A stretch of 64,000 nt of DNA from Alphaproteobacteria bacterium (GCA_965232515.1 CBDDPY010000002.1:800001-864000), one strand, 5' to 3'; positions 10,606 through 20,402 are shown, counted from the first letter of the stretch. Numbers and translations are program-made. Notes: generated from the letters alone by a model not told the origin.

Positions 10606-11202
10606 CTAGCCAATAAACATCACGACGGAGGCGGCGAGCAGGCCGCCCATGGCGATATTGAAGACCCGCAGCGCCCGGTCGGTGGTCAGCAACCGCTGCA
10701 CGCCGGCGCCGAAGGCGAGCCAGATGAAGCCGGTGGGCAGGACCGCGGCCATGAACAGCAGTCCGAACCAGACGGCTTGATCGATGGCGCTGCCGGCGCC
10801 GGCGCTGAGATAAGTACCGACGGCGCTTGCGCTAACCAGCCAGGATTTCGGATTGACCCACTGGAAGCCGGCGGCCGTGAAAAAGCCGACCGGTTTTGCG
10901 TCGTCCGGCGCGCCGCCGCGGTCCGACGTCGCGATCTTCCAGGCAAGCCAGAGCAGGAAAGCGGCACCGACCCAGTTCAGCGCCTTGAGCACGGTCGGGT
11001 TGTCGAGCACCAGGCCGCCAAGACCGGCCGCAACCGCGAACATCATGAAGCCCATGCCGAAAATGACGCCGAACAGACAGGGCATCCCGCGCAACAGCCC
11101 GGCGATGGCGCCGGTGGCGGTCAGCATGACGTTGCTGGGCCCCGGTGTGCCGGCGGCGACGACGGCGAAGAGGTAGAAAGCGACGGCCTGTTCCGGGGTC
11201 AT
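10606..11202 (-). CDS. LysE family exporter
   Basis: TPGPSN, FQWVNPK; start MTPEQ at 11202. Confidence 0.88.
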   Translation of the reverse strand: MTPEQAVAFYLFAVVAAGTPGPSNVMLTATGAIAGLLRGMPCLFGVIFGMGFMMFAVAAGLGGLVLDNPTVLKALNWVGAAFLLWLAWKIATSDRGGAPDDAKPVGFFTAAGFQWVNPKSWLVSASAVGTYLSAGAGSAIDQAVWFGLLFMAAVLPTGFIWLAFGAGVQRLLTTDRALRVFNIAMGGLLAASVVMFIG

Positions 11203-11277
11203 GGCTTGACATCCGGACGCTTGATCGCGACGTGGGCAATGGTCATGGTGATGCTCTATCCAAGACGGACGGTGTAA

Positions 11278-12171
11278 GTGACAGCGAAACGAAACAGATC
11301 GGCCGGCGAGGGTCTTGAACGATCGTGCGATCAGCGGTCCGACTGGTTTCGCGGTGCGCCGCCGGTGGACGGCGTCGAGCGGCTTCAAGCCTGGTTCAGC
11401 GGGCGGGCCTATGAGACCCATCGCCACGACACCTATGCGATCGCCGTCACGGATAGCGGCGTGCAGTCGTTCGATTATCGCGGCGGCGTGGTCAACAGCA
11501 CGGTCGGCAACGTTGTCGTCGTGCACCCGGACGAGGCCCACGACGGCCGGGCCGGCACTGAGGAAGGCTTCGGCTATCGCATCCTCTATGTCGATCCCGC
11601 GCGGATCGGCGAGGCTGCCCGCCTGCTGGCGGGGCGGCCGAGCGCCTTGCCGTTCGCGACGGAAGCCGTCTCTCGCAATCAGAAGCTTGCCAACGCCGTC
11701 GACGCGGCCTTCCGACACGACCTGGAGCCGCTGGCCGTCGACAGCCTGATCCTGCAGCTGGCCGACGGCCTGATGGACGCCGATCCGACCAGCTGGCTAG
11801 ACGGAAACACCGCCCGGGTCGATACGACCGCTGTGGAATGCGCACGGCAGTTTCTCGATGCCGAAACCGACCGGGTCGTGCGCTCGTTGGAGCTGGAGGC
11901 GATCACGGGGCTCACCCGCTACGACCTGGCGCGGCAGTTCAAATCGCTCGTCGGCACCAGCCCTTACCGCTATTCCCTGATGCGGCGTCTGGACTCAGCG
12001 CGCCAGCGGATCCGGACAGATCAATCATTGGCCGATATCGCCTTCGGCGCCGGCTTCGCCGACCAGGCGCACTTCACCCGCAAGTTCAAGGCGGCCTACG
12101 GCGTCACGCCGGCGCGCTACGCAGCGCTACAGGCAAATGGCGCTAGCGATCGGCATAAACGGTCACATTGA
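11278..12171 (+). CDS. AraC family regulator (cupin + HTH), divergent from LysE
   Basis: HRHDTY, HPDEAHDG, GFADQAHFTRKFK. Confidence 0.9.
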   Translation: MTAKRNRSAGEGLERSCDQRSDWFRGAPPVDGVERLQAWFSGRAYETHRHDTYAIAVTDSGVQSFDYRGGVVNSTVGNVVVVHPDEAHDGRAGTEEGFGYRILYVDPARIGEAARLLAGRPSALPFATEAVSRNQKLANAVDAAFRHDLEPLAVDSLILQLADGLMDADPTSWLDGNTARVDTTAVECARQFLDAETDRVVRSLELEAITGLTRYDLARQFKSLVGTSPYRYSLMRRLDSARQRIRTDQSLADIAFGAGFADQAHFTRKFKAAYGVTPARYAALQANGASDRHKRSH

Positions 12172-12637
12172 AGCCTTCGTCTGACGCAGGCGGCGCGAAA
12201 TGGGCGGTGATGGCGTCGAACTCGTCGTCGCTCGCCGCGAAGTCGTGCGCGCCCTCGGCGTTTCTCTGTCGCAGACGCGCCTTGCAAACCTCGTCCGGCA
12301 GGTCGAGATAGTGCAGTTCGTGCGTCGCGCCGGCGGCTTCGAAGATCTGCCGCATCCATTGCCGCTGGCCGGGCGTATTGGCCGGGAAGTCCAGCACGAC
12401 CGAAAGACCCGATCGCAGCAGGGAGACAACATGCTCGCCCATTACGTCGCGCAACAGGCCGGCGCAACGGAGATAGTCGTCGATCGAATTGATCTGGCCC
12501 GGATAGAGACGCGCGAGGCAGCGGTCTTCGCTGATCATCACCGTCGCCGGCTTGTCGGCGAGACGCCGGGCGAGCGTCGACTTTCCCGCGGCAATCTTGC
12601 CGCAGATGAGATGCAGGACAGGCATCGAAGAGGGCAT
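12143..12637 (-). CDS. P-loop kinase (AAA_33-like)
   Basis: GKIAAGKST Walker A, VVLDF. Confidence 0.8.
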   Translation of the reverse strand: MPSSMPVLHLICGKIAAGKSTLARRLADKPATVMISEDRCLARLYPGQINSIDDYLRCAGLLRDVMGEHVVSLLRSGLSVVLDFPANTPGQRQWMRQIFEAAGATHELHYLDLPDEVCKARLRQRNAEGAHDFAASDDEFDAITAHFAPPASDEGFNVTVYADR

Positions 12638-12790
12638 GCAAACTCCACATTTCTAGGCTAGGGGCGCTTGTCGTCGGCGCCCGATCCGAACAGGCAGCGA
12701 AAGACCCGGCCCGACGCGTCAGGCCGGGACGCTAATTCGCCAGATGTCGTTCGCGTCGAGCGCCGCCGTCAGATCGAAATGCGGAAGCAT

Positions 12791-12871
12791 GGACCGGGGA
12801 TAGCAGTTCCAAAGGCCGAAGACAAACAGCACATCGGATGGCTTGCCTGTTGAACCGTCCCGCGCCGGTCC
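12791..12871. other. Long imperfect hairpin, candidate structured RNA
   Basis: Nested complementarity GGACCGG/CCGGTCC, GGGA/TCCC, GTTC/GAAC, AGGC/GCCT in an intergenic gap. Confidence 0.45.
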
Positions 12872-13021
12872 CATATGCAAAATCAGGCGCGCGACGACGG
12901 CCGGCAGTGGCTGGCCGTTTCTTTTTGGTGATGATTGGACCGTCTGGTACAAAATGGTGCTGAACGGTTTCATTTGGCTTGCCACGCGATACCCGCACAC
13001 CCTGGGGAGGGATGAGAGAAG

Positions 13022-13723
13022 ATGGCGATTGACTACGACGTGTATTACTGGCCCACGCCGAACGGCTGGAAGGTCACGATTCTGCTGGAGGAACTCGGCG
13101 CGCCCTACAACATCGTGCCGATCAATATCGGCGCCGGTCAGCAGTTCGAGCCTGAATTCCTGAAGATCGCGCCGAACAACCGCATGCCGGCGCTGGTGGA
13201 CCACGATCCCATGGGCGGCGGCGCGCCGATTGCGATCTTCGAATCCGGCGCCATTCTGCAATACCTCGCCGAGAAACACGGCCGGTTCTGGCCGCAGAGC
13301 TCGCGCGAAAAATACGAGGTCTCGCAATGGCTGTTCTGGCAGATGGGCGGCCTCGGCCCGATGGCGGGGCAGGCGCACCACTTCCGGCAATACGCCAACG
13401 ACAAGATCGAGTACGCCATCAAGCGCTACACGGACGAGGTCAACCGACTCTACGGCGTCATGAACAAGCGCCTCGCCGACCGCGAGTTCCTGGCCGGCGA
13501 CTACTCGATCGCCGATATGGCCTGTTATGGCTGGGTGGTGCCTTATGAGCGGCAGGGCCAGGACCTGGACGACTTCCCGAACCTGAAGCGCTGGTTCGAG
13601 ACATTGAAAGCACGACCGGCGGTCCAGCGCGGCCGCTATGCCGGCGCCGACCTGAGGGACGACGGCGGCACCATGACCGAAGAGGCGAAGAAAATCCTGT
13701 TCGGTCAACGCGCCTCGGCCTGA
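13022..13723 (+). CDS. Glutathione S-transferase, YfcG/YghU (Nu) class
   Basis: WPTPNG, FESGAIL, WQMGGLGP. Confidence 0.92.
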   Translation: MAIDYDVYYWPTPNGWKVTILLEELGAPYNIVPINIGAGQQFEPEFLKIAPNNRMPALVDHDPMGGGAPIAIFESGAILQYLAEKHGRFWPQSSREKYEVSQWLFWQMGGLGPMAGQAHHFRQYANDKIEYAIKRYTDEVNRLYGVMNKRLADREFLAGDYSIADMACYGWVVPYERQGQDLDDFPNLKRWFETLKARPAVQRGRYAGADLRDDGGTMTEEAKKILFGQRASA

Positions 13724-14493
13724 TGCCGGCCGAGACACCGTTCCGGCTGACGCGCACGGTCGCCGATGCCGATGGCGTCTGTTGTTTCGAGACGGAAGTG
13801 CTGGCGACAAGCCGGAACGAGACGACACCGTTCCAGTTCACCGAGCTGATCCCCGCGACGTCGATCGGCTTCCGCTGGATGCCGGGGGACTTCGCGAGCG
13901 CCTGGCATCCGGCGCCCCGGCGGCGGTTCCTGATTGTGTTGTCGGGCGGACTGGAGATCGAAATCGGGTCCGGCGAGCGCCGCACTTTCCGGCGGGGCGA
14001 TCTGCTGGAAGTGGCCGATCTGACGGGGCGTGGCCATCGCAGCCGCGCCGCCGACGGTGAGCCGATCCATCTGGCCGCGATTGCCCGCGACGAACCGACC
14101 GGCGCGTCGGCGCCGGTTCCCGCCGATCCGCCGCCGACCCGCGAACCGTTGCGGTTCATGCGAAACGTGACGGGCGACGACGGCAAATCGCATTTCCGGG
14201 AAGATGCGATGCCGTACCTTTATGCCGAGCAGGGCGGACATGCCACCGAGGCGCTACCGCTGAAGGGTATCCAGTTTCTGCTGGCGCCGCCGGCCTTGAC
14301 CTATGATTGGCATCCCGCGCCGCAGCGGCAGGTGGTGCTGACGCTGACCGGCGGCCTGGAGGTCGAGAACGGGGACGGTTCGCGCCATGCCGTTGAGCCG
14401 GGCGACGTCTATTTCGGCGAGGACACCCACGGTCAGGGCCACATCACCCGCTCGGAGGCCGAGCGGTTCATGGTTTTCGCGCATATGGCCTAG
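13723..14493 (+). CDS. Tandem two-cupin-domain protein
   Basis: Two copies of WHPAP.R...GGLE...D..G.GH; TGATG coupling to the GST. Confidence 0.75.
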   Translation: MPAETPFRLTRTVADADGVCCFETEVLATSRNETTPFQFTELIPATSIGFRWMPGDFASAWHPAPRRRFLIVLSGGLEIEIGSGERRTFRRGDLLEVADLTGRGHRSRAADGEPIHLAAIARDEPTGASAPVPADPPPTREPLRFMRNVTGDDGKSHFREDAMPYLYAEQGGHATEALPLKGIQFLLAPPALTYDWHPAPQRQVVLTLTGGLEVENGDGSRHAVEPGDVYFGEDTHGQGHITRSEAERFMVFAHMA

Positions 14494-14573
14494 CACGTCC
14501 GCAGGGGTGCAACAGCGCCGCCGGCATCCTATGTTTATGCCCGGGGCCGCCGGTATGGGGAGGTGGTGCGGAG

Positions 14574-15779
14574 ATGATCAATCGACGCAAGTTGCTGGGC
14601 ATGGGCACCGGCGCGGCGGCCGGCCTTTATGGCGGCGGCGTGCTGGCCCGGACGGGCGAAGCTCCGGCGTTGCCCGAGGTCAAACGTTTCGTCACGCTGG
14701 GCCGCACCGGCCTGAAGGTCTCGGAGATCTCCTTCGGTTCCGCCAGTTCCTCCGATCCGGACCTGGTGCGGCACGCGCTCGACCGCGGCATTAATTTCTT
14801 CGACTCGGCCGAGTCCTACCGTTGGGGCAATGCCGAGGAAGCCATCGGCAAGGCTTTGCAGGGCAAGCGCGACCAGGTGGTGCTGACCTCCAAGACCAAG
14901 GCGGGCGCACGTGACCGCCAGGCCGAGATGATGGAGGCGCTGGAGGGCAGCCTGCGGCGTCTCAGGACCGATCATGTCGACATCTATTTCAATCACGCGG
15001 TCAACAGCGTCGACCGCATGCGCAATGAAGAATGGTGGGCCTTTACCGAGCGCGCCAAGGAGCAAGGCAAGATCCGCTTCCGCGGCATGTCGGGCCACGG
15101 CAGCCGGCTCGCCGATTGCCTGAACTATACGATCGAGCAGGATCTGGCCGATGTGGTTCTGGTCGCCTACAACTTTGGCCAGGATCCGGATTTTTACGAC
15201 CGGCTCCGCCATACCTTCCACTTCGTCGCAATGCAGCCGGAACTGCCGGCGGCGCTGGACAAGGCGAAGGAGAAAGACATCGGCGTTATCGCCATGAAGA
15301 CGCTGATGGGCGCGCGGTTGAACGACGTCAAGGAGTTCGAGCGCGGCGGACGCAGCTTCGCGCAAGCCGCGCTGCGCTGGGTGCTGTCGAGCCCGCGGGT
15401 TGATGCGGCTGTGATCTCCATGACCAGCAACGGCCTGATCGACGAATACGTGACGGCGGCCATGGACGCGATCCCGCGCGAGCATGGGCTGCCGATCCTG
15501 GCGCGCTATGCGTACATGCAGGACACCAAGTATTGCCGGCACGGCTGCAACTTCTGCGGCGACGCCTGCCCGGAAGGCGTTGAGATCGCCGAGGTGTTGC
15601 GCACACGCATGTATGACGTCGACTACGGCAACCCGACGCTCGCGCGCTACGACTACGCGGCGCTGGACGACGGCGCGTCGAAGTGCCTGACCTGCACGCA
15701 CCAGGCCTGCTTGAACGCTTGTCCCTACGGCTTGCCGATCCCGGAATTCACAAGGGATGCGGCGACGCGGTTGGGGTGA
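14574..15779 (+). CDS. Aldo/keto reductase with Tat-like N-terminus and C-terminal 4Fe-4S dicluster
   Basis: NRRKLL, LGRTGLKVS, CRHGCNFCGDACP, CLTCTHQACLNACP. Confidence 0.85.
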   Translation: MINRRKLLGMGTGAAAGLYGGGVLARTGEAPALPEVKRFVTLGRTGLKVSEISFGSASSSDPDLVRHALDRGINFFDSAESYRWGNAEEAIGKALQGKRDQVVLTSKTKAGARDRQAEMMEALEGSLRRLRTDHVDIYFNHAVNSVDRMRNEEWWAFTERAKEQGKIRFRGMSGHGSRLADCLNYTIEQDLADVVLVAYNFGQDPDFYDRLRHTFHFVAMQPELPAALDKAKEKDIGVIAMKTLMGARLNDVKEFERGGRSFAQAALRWVLSSPRVDAAVISMTSNGLIDEYVTAAMDAIPREHGLPILARYAYMQDTKYCRHGCNFCGDACPEGVEIAEVLRTRMYDVDYGNPTLARYDYAALDDGASKCLTCTHQACLNACPYGLPIPEFTRDAATRLG

Positions 15780-15790
15780 TGACAAACCAG

Positions 15791-15913
15791 CCCTCACCCT
15801 CCCACGAGCTGACGCTCGCGGGTCCCTCCCTCTCCCGTAAACGGGAGAGGGGATTACAAATCGAAGAAGTGGCGGCCCCCTCTCCCGCTTGCGGGAGAGG
15901 GGTGGGGTGAGGG
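15791..15913. repeat. Palindromic REP/CIR-like intergenic element
   Basis: Termini CCCTCACCC/GGGTGAGGG; two internal CCCTCTCCCG-N4-CGGGAGAGGG hairpins. Confidence 0.8.
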
Positions 15914-15923
15914 CAGTTTTTTC

Positions 15924-16325
15924 ATGACCGTCTTCCTCGCCCACTTTTTGATCCTGTTGTCCGCCTGGACGCTGGTGATCAAGTATGTGTTTCCGGTGTC
16001 AATGGCGGTCGCCGAGGGCGTCGGGATCGGGATGTACATCTACTGGGATTTTTGGTGGGTGGCGCATTTGTGGTTGGCCTATGCGCTGCTGCGGCCGCAG
16101 TCCTATACCTTCCTGCTGGCGATCGGCGTGTCGGTGGTGGAGATCATCATCGTCGTCACCAAGTTCATTCTGTTCCTGCCGGACCCGGACTGGACGATCT
16201 GGACCACCAACTGGTTCATCAATAAGGTTTTCGTCTTGGCGTGCTTCTGCCTGCTGCTGCCGCATGCGTGGGCGAACCGGCAGAATTGGCGCGCGCCGGT
16301 AGCCGAGGGGGCGCCAGGTGATTGA
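15924..16325 (+). CDS. Hypothetical 4-TM membrane protein
   Basis: Hydrophobic, Trp-rich; overlaps the next start. Confidence 0.7.
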   Translation: MTVFLAHFLILLSAWTLVIKYVFPVSMAVAEGVGIGMYIYWDFWWVAHLWLAYALLRPQSYTFLLAIGVSVVEIIIVVTKFILFLPDPDWTIWTTNWFINKVFVLACFCLLLPHAWANRQNWRAPVAEGAPGD

Positions 16326-16698
16326 TCATGTTTCCGTTGCCGTCAGCGATCTGGCGGCGAGCGCACGGTTCTACGAACAGGTGCTGGCGCCGCTCGGTTT
16401 GACGCGGCTGGTCGAGCGCGAAAAGACCATCGGCTTCGGCAAGAAATACCCCGAGTTCTGGCTGAACGCCCGGCCCGACATGACGCCCGTGCCGGAAGAC
16501 ACGGGCACGCACGTCTGTCTGCGGGCGGCCTCGAAAGAAGCGGTCACGGCGTTTCACGAGACCGCGTTGTCGCTCGGCGGCCGCGACGACGGTGCACCCG
16601 GCGACCGGCAGGCGGCGATGACGACTTACTTCGGCGCCTTCATCAAGGACCCGGACGGCAACAAGGTCGAGGCCGTCACGTTCCCCCGAAACGACTGA
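16318..16698 (+). CDS. VOC/glyoxalase family protein
   Basis: IDHVSVAVSDL, DPDGNKVE. Confidence 0.88.
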   Translation: MIDHVSVAVSDLAASARFYEQVLAPLGLTRLVEREKTIGFGKKYPEFWLNARPDMTPVPEDTGTHVCLRAASKEAVTAFHETALSLGGRDDGAPGDRQAAMTTYFGAFIKDPDGNKVEAVTFPRND

Positions 16699-16704
16699 GA
16701 CCGG

Positions 16705-17673
16705 TCAGCGCAACACGTCGGTGTTGATGACGTTGGCGGGATTGAGCTTGCCATCGAAGCAGTCAACGACGTTCTGCGCCGTGACCTCGCCCATGCGGTA
16801 CATGGACTCGACGGTGACGCCGGCCGAATGCGGGCTGACCAGGATGTTGTCGAGCTCGAACAGCGGGTTGTCCGGCGTCGCCGGCTCGACCACGAAGGGA
16901 TCGATGCCGGCGCCGGCGATGGTTTCGGCCTTGAGCGCGTCGTAGAGCGCGGCCTCGTCGACGATGTTGCCGCGCGCCGTGTTGACGACGAAGGCGGTCG
17001 GCTTCATGGCCCGCATCTCGGCCGCGCCGACCATGCCGTCGGTCTCGGGCGTCTTCGGGCAGTTGACGGAGAGGAAATCGATCTCGGGCAACATGGCGCG
17101 CCAGTCGGCGACCGGTGTCGCGCCTGATGTCGTGATGGCGTCCTGCACCACGTACGGATCGTACACGAACACCTGCATCTCCATGGCGACGCAGCGACTG
17201 ACCAGACGCCGGCCGATGCGGCCGAAGCCGAGGATCAGCACCGATCGGCCGGCGAGGTCGTAGGCCGGCAGATCGAAGCGGATGCTCCAGTTGCCCTTGC
17301 GGACCTCGCGGTCGTAGAGCACGCCGCGCTTGGCGAGCGACATCATGAAGAACAGCGAATGCTCGGCGACGGTCACCGAGTTCGCGATGCCGGCGACGGC
17401 GAGCGGAATGCCCGCCTTGCTCAACGCCGCGACGTCGACCGAGTCGTAGCCGACGCCGTGGCGGGCGGCGATCTTCAGCTTGTCGGCCTTTTCGATGATC
17501 CGCGCGGTGAACGGCACCACGCCCAGGATCACGGCGTCGTAGTTGCCGATATGCTGGACGATGTTGTCTTCCGACGTTTCGGTGAAACGCTCGTATTCGA
17601 TGTCGTCACGGGCATCGAGCACCGACTTGATGCCGTCGGTCACCGGCATTTGGATCATCACGCGCTTGGTCAT
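16705..17673 (-). CDS. D-isomer-specific 2-hydroxyacid dehydrogenase
   Basis: GVGYD, GFGRIG, NTARG, SPHSAG. Confidence 0.9.
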   Translation of the reverse strand: MTKRVMIQMPVTDGIKSVLDARDDIEYERFTETSEDNIVQHIGNYDAVILGVVPFTARIIEKADKLKIAARHGVGYDSVDVAALSKAGIPLAVAGIANSVTVAEHSLFFMMSLAKRGVLYDREVRKGNWSIRFDLPAYDLAGRSVLILGFGRIGRRLVSRCVAMEMQVFVYDPYVVQDAITTSGATPVADWRAMLPEIDFLSVNCPKTPETDGMVGAAEMRAMKPTAFVVNTARGNIVDEAALYDALKAETIAGAGIDPFVVEPATPDNPLFELDNILVSPHSAGVTVESMYRMGEVTAQNVVDCFDGKLNPANVINTDVLR

Positions 17674-17719
17674 ACGGGCTTTCCTCGTCAGACGGATTGT
17701 TGGAGATGGTTTCGCAGAA

Positions 17720-19438
17720 CTAGACGGCAGGACGTGCGCCGCGCAACAGAACGCCCGGCAGCTCGCCGGTGGCCGCGCCGTCGCGCATGACCTCGATGCC
17801 GGAGACGAAGGTATGCCGGTAGCCCTCGGCCTTCTGGATAATGCGGCGGCCGCCCGCCGGCAGGTCGTAAACGAGCTCCGGCGGCAGCAGACGCAGGCTG
17901 TCGAAATCGATCACGTTCACGTCGGCCTTGTAGCCAGGCGCGATGACGCCACGGTCCGACAGGCTGTAGCAGCGGGCCGTATCGAGCGTCTGCTTGCGCA
18001 CCAGGAACTCGAGGGGCAGGTGACCGCCGCGCTTGCGGTCGCGCCCCCAATGCGTCAGCAGCGAGGTCGGCGAGCTGGCATCGCAGATGATACCGACATG
18101 CGCGCCGGCGTCGGCGACGCCGCAGACGGTGTCCGGGTTCTCCAGCATCTCGCGCACGACCTCGAGATTGCCTGCGCAGTAGTTCTCGAACGGATGCAGC
18201 AGCAGCGCGCGGCCCTCGTTCTTCAACATCAACTCGAGCGCCAGGTCGAACGGATCGCGGCCGGCTTCAGCGGCGCGCGCGGCGATGCTGGTCGACGGGT
18301 CCGGCTCGTAATCGACGGGGTCGCCCAGCTCGAATGTCCGGGCCAGCGCCTTCGCCATCCAGGCGCCGTGGCCGTCGTCCGGCCGTTCCGCGACCAGCCG
18401 TCGCCGCAACTCGGCGTCGGACGTCAGGCGGGCGACACGCTCGGCCGGCGGCAGCTTTTCCAGCTCGGCCCAGAGCGGGTGGTTGGTGAAGGGATGGATC
18501 GTGACTTCGAGGCCCATCAGCATGCCGATCGGCCGGCTGCCGACTTGCGCCGTGAAGCGACCGCCGTCGCCGTTCAGCTCGCGGTTGGCGGCATTCACAC
18601 CGTCCAGCGTCTCGCGCCACAGGTCCGGCGCGTTGTCGACCTGGACCAGCAGCACCGACAGCGGCCGGCCGGCGATCTCGGCCGCGGCGCGCAGGCGGGC
18701 GAAATCGCCGTCGCCGAAGTCGGAATTGACCTCGATGACGCCCTTGCCGGCGCGCTTCATGGCCAGAGCCAAGCTCTGCAGCTCGCGCTCGGACGCCGAC
18801 AGGCCCGGCGTGTAGCGACCGTCGGCGGCGCGGTGCTTGGTGGTGCGCGCGGTGGTGAAGCCGAGCGCGCCGGCATGCAGCGCTTCCTCGAGCAGGCGGC
18901 CCATCTCGGTCAGCTCGTCGTCGGTCGGCGCTTCGCTGTGATCGGCGCCGCGCTCGCCCATGACATAGAACCTGAGCGGCCCGTGCGGCACCTGGGCGCC
19001 GATATCCATGATGCGCGGCGTCGCGGCCAGCACATCGAGATATTCGGAAAAACTCTCCCAGCGGAAATCGATGCCCTCGGCCAGCACGGTCTCGGGAATG
19101 TCCTCGACGCCCTCCATGAGGTTGATCAGATAGCGCTCGCTGCCGGGCCGTACCGGCGCGAAGCCGACGCTGCAATTGCCGAACACGGCGGTGGTGACGC
19201 CATGCCAAGACGAGGGCGTGAGATAGGGGTCCCAGGTCGCCTGGCCGTCGTAATGGGTGTGAATGTCGACCCAGCCCGGCGTCACCAGCAGGCCGTTGGC
19301 GTCCATTTCGCGCCGGCCCGCGCCGACATCCGTATCCACGGCCGAGATTACGCCGTCATCGATGGCCACATCGGCCGTGCGCCGGTCCGCGCCCGTGCCG
19401 TCGACGACCGTGCCGCCGCGGATTACCAGATCATGCAA
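17720..19438 (-). CDS. N-acyl-D-amino-acid deacylase-like amidohydrolase
   Basis: DIHTHYD, GNC, DAGAH. Confidence 0.88.
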   Translation of the reverse strand: MHDLVIRGGTVVDGTGADRRTADVAIDDGVISAVDTDVGAGRREMDANGLLVTPGWVDIHTHYDGQATWDPYLTPSSWHGVTTAVFGNCSVGFAPVRPGSERYLINLMEGVEDIPETVLAEGIDFRWESFSEYLDVLAATPRIMDIGAQVPHGPLRFYVMGERGADHSEAPTDDELTEMGRLLEEALHAGALGFTTARTTKHRAADGRYTPGLSASERELQSLALAMKRAGKGVIEVNSDFGDGDFARLRAAAEIAGRPLSVLLVQVDNAPDLWRETLDGVNAANRELNGDGGRFTAQVGSRPIGMLMGLEVTIHPFTNHPLWAELEKLPPAERVARLTSDAELRRRLVAERPDDGHGAWMAKALARTFELGDPVDYEPDPSTSIAARAAEAGRDPFDLALELMLKNEGRALLLHPFENYCAGNLEVVREMLENPDTVCGVADAGAHVGIICDASSPTSLLTHWGRDRKRGGHLPLEFLVRKQTLDTARCYSLSDRGVIAPGYKADVNVIDFDSLRLLPPELVYDLPAGGRRIIQKAEGYRHTFVSGIEVMRDGAATGELPGVLLRGARPAV

Positions 19439-19556
19439 TGGTCTTCCTCCCGTCGCCCGGCGGCAGTTTAACGAATGTTTGTTCGCCTGCCGAGATGCGT
19501 TGGCCGGGATTTGCCCGGCCGACTAGAATATCGGACGGGTCTCAGGGGAGGGATGC

Positions 19557-20402
19557 ATGAAACTGGGCGTGTTCAGCTTCAATACGGATTACGGCATCCG
19601 GGCCGACGACATGGCGCGGGCCTGCGAGGAGCGCGGCTTCGAGTCGCTGTGGGTCGGCGAGCACACGCATATCCCGGCGAGCCGCCTCAGCCCCTATCCC
19701 GGCGGCGGCGACCTGCCGAAGCCCTATTACCACATGGCCGATCCCTTCGTGTCGCTGACCGCCGCGGCGGCCGTCACCAAGGATCTTAAGGTCGGCACCG
19801 GCATCTGCCTGGTGGTCGAGCGCGATCCGATCACGCTTGCCAAAGAGATCGCCACGCTGGACATGCTGTCGAACGGCCGCTTCCTGTTCGGCATCGGCGG
19901 CGGCTGGAACGCCGAGGAGATGGAAAACCACGGCACGCCGTTCAAGCAGCGCTGGAAGGTGCTGCGCGAGCGGGTCGAGGCAATGAAAGCGATCTGGACC
20001 CAGGAACAGGCATCGTATGCCGGCGAGTTCGTCAATTTCGAAGAGATCATTTCCAACCCGAAGCCGGTGCAGAAGCCGCACCCGCCGATCATTCTCGGCA
20101 GCGCCACGGGCCAGGGCCGGCAGCGGGTGGTCGATTATTGCGACGGCTGGTTTCCGATCGACCTGCTGTTAGACGACCTGCCGGTGGCGATCGCGGACCT
20201 GCGGGTCCGGGCGGAGACGGCGGGGCGCGATCCGGAGTCGATCCCGATCACCATGTTCGCCTTTCCGGGCGCCGGCGAGGACGTGCTGAAGCGCTATCGC
20301 GAGATTGGCGTCGACCGGGTGGTGATGGTGGCGCCGCGTTACGACGGCGACGCGCTCGCATTCCTAGATCGTTTCGCGCCCATGAACGCGGAACTGGCCT
20401 GA
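19557..20402 (+). CDS. LLM-class flavin/F420-type oxidoreductase
   Basis: GFESLWVGEHTHIP, LSNGRFLFGIGGGW, PKPVQ. Confidence 0.85.
   Translation: MKLGVFSFNTDYGIRADDMARACEERGFESLWVGEHTHIPASRLSPYPGGGDLPKPYYHMADPFVSLTAAAAVTKDLKVGTGICLVVERDPITLAKEIATLDMLSNGRFLFGIGGGWNAEEMENHGTPFKQRWKVLRERVEAMKAIWTQEQASYAGEFVNFEEIISNPKPVQKPHPPIILGSATGQGRQRVVDYCDGWFPIDLLLDDLPVAIADLRVRAETAGRDPESIPITMFAFPGAGEDVLKRYREIGVDRVVMVAPRYDGDALAFLDRFAPMNAELA

Noticed and set aside
17543-19471. Long antisense ORFs (e.g. 642 aa here, 721 aa at 41183, 684 aa at 45629, 587 aa at 59999)
   Set aside because: Shadows of real genes caused by high-GC codon bias; no motifs.
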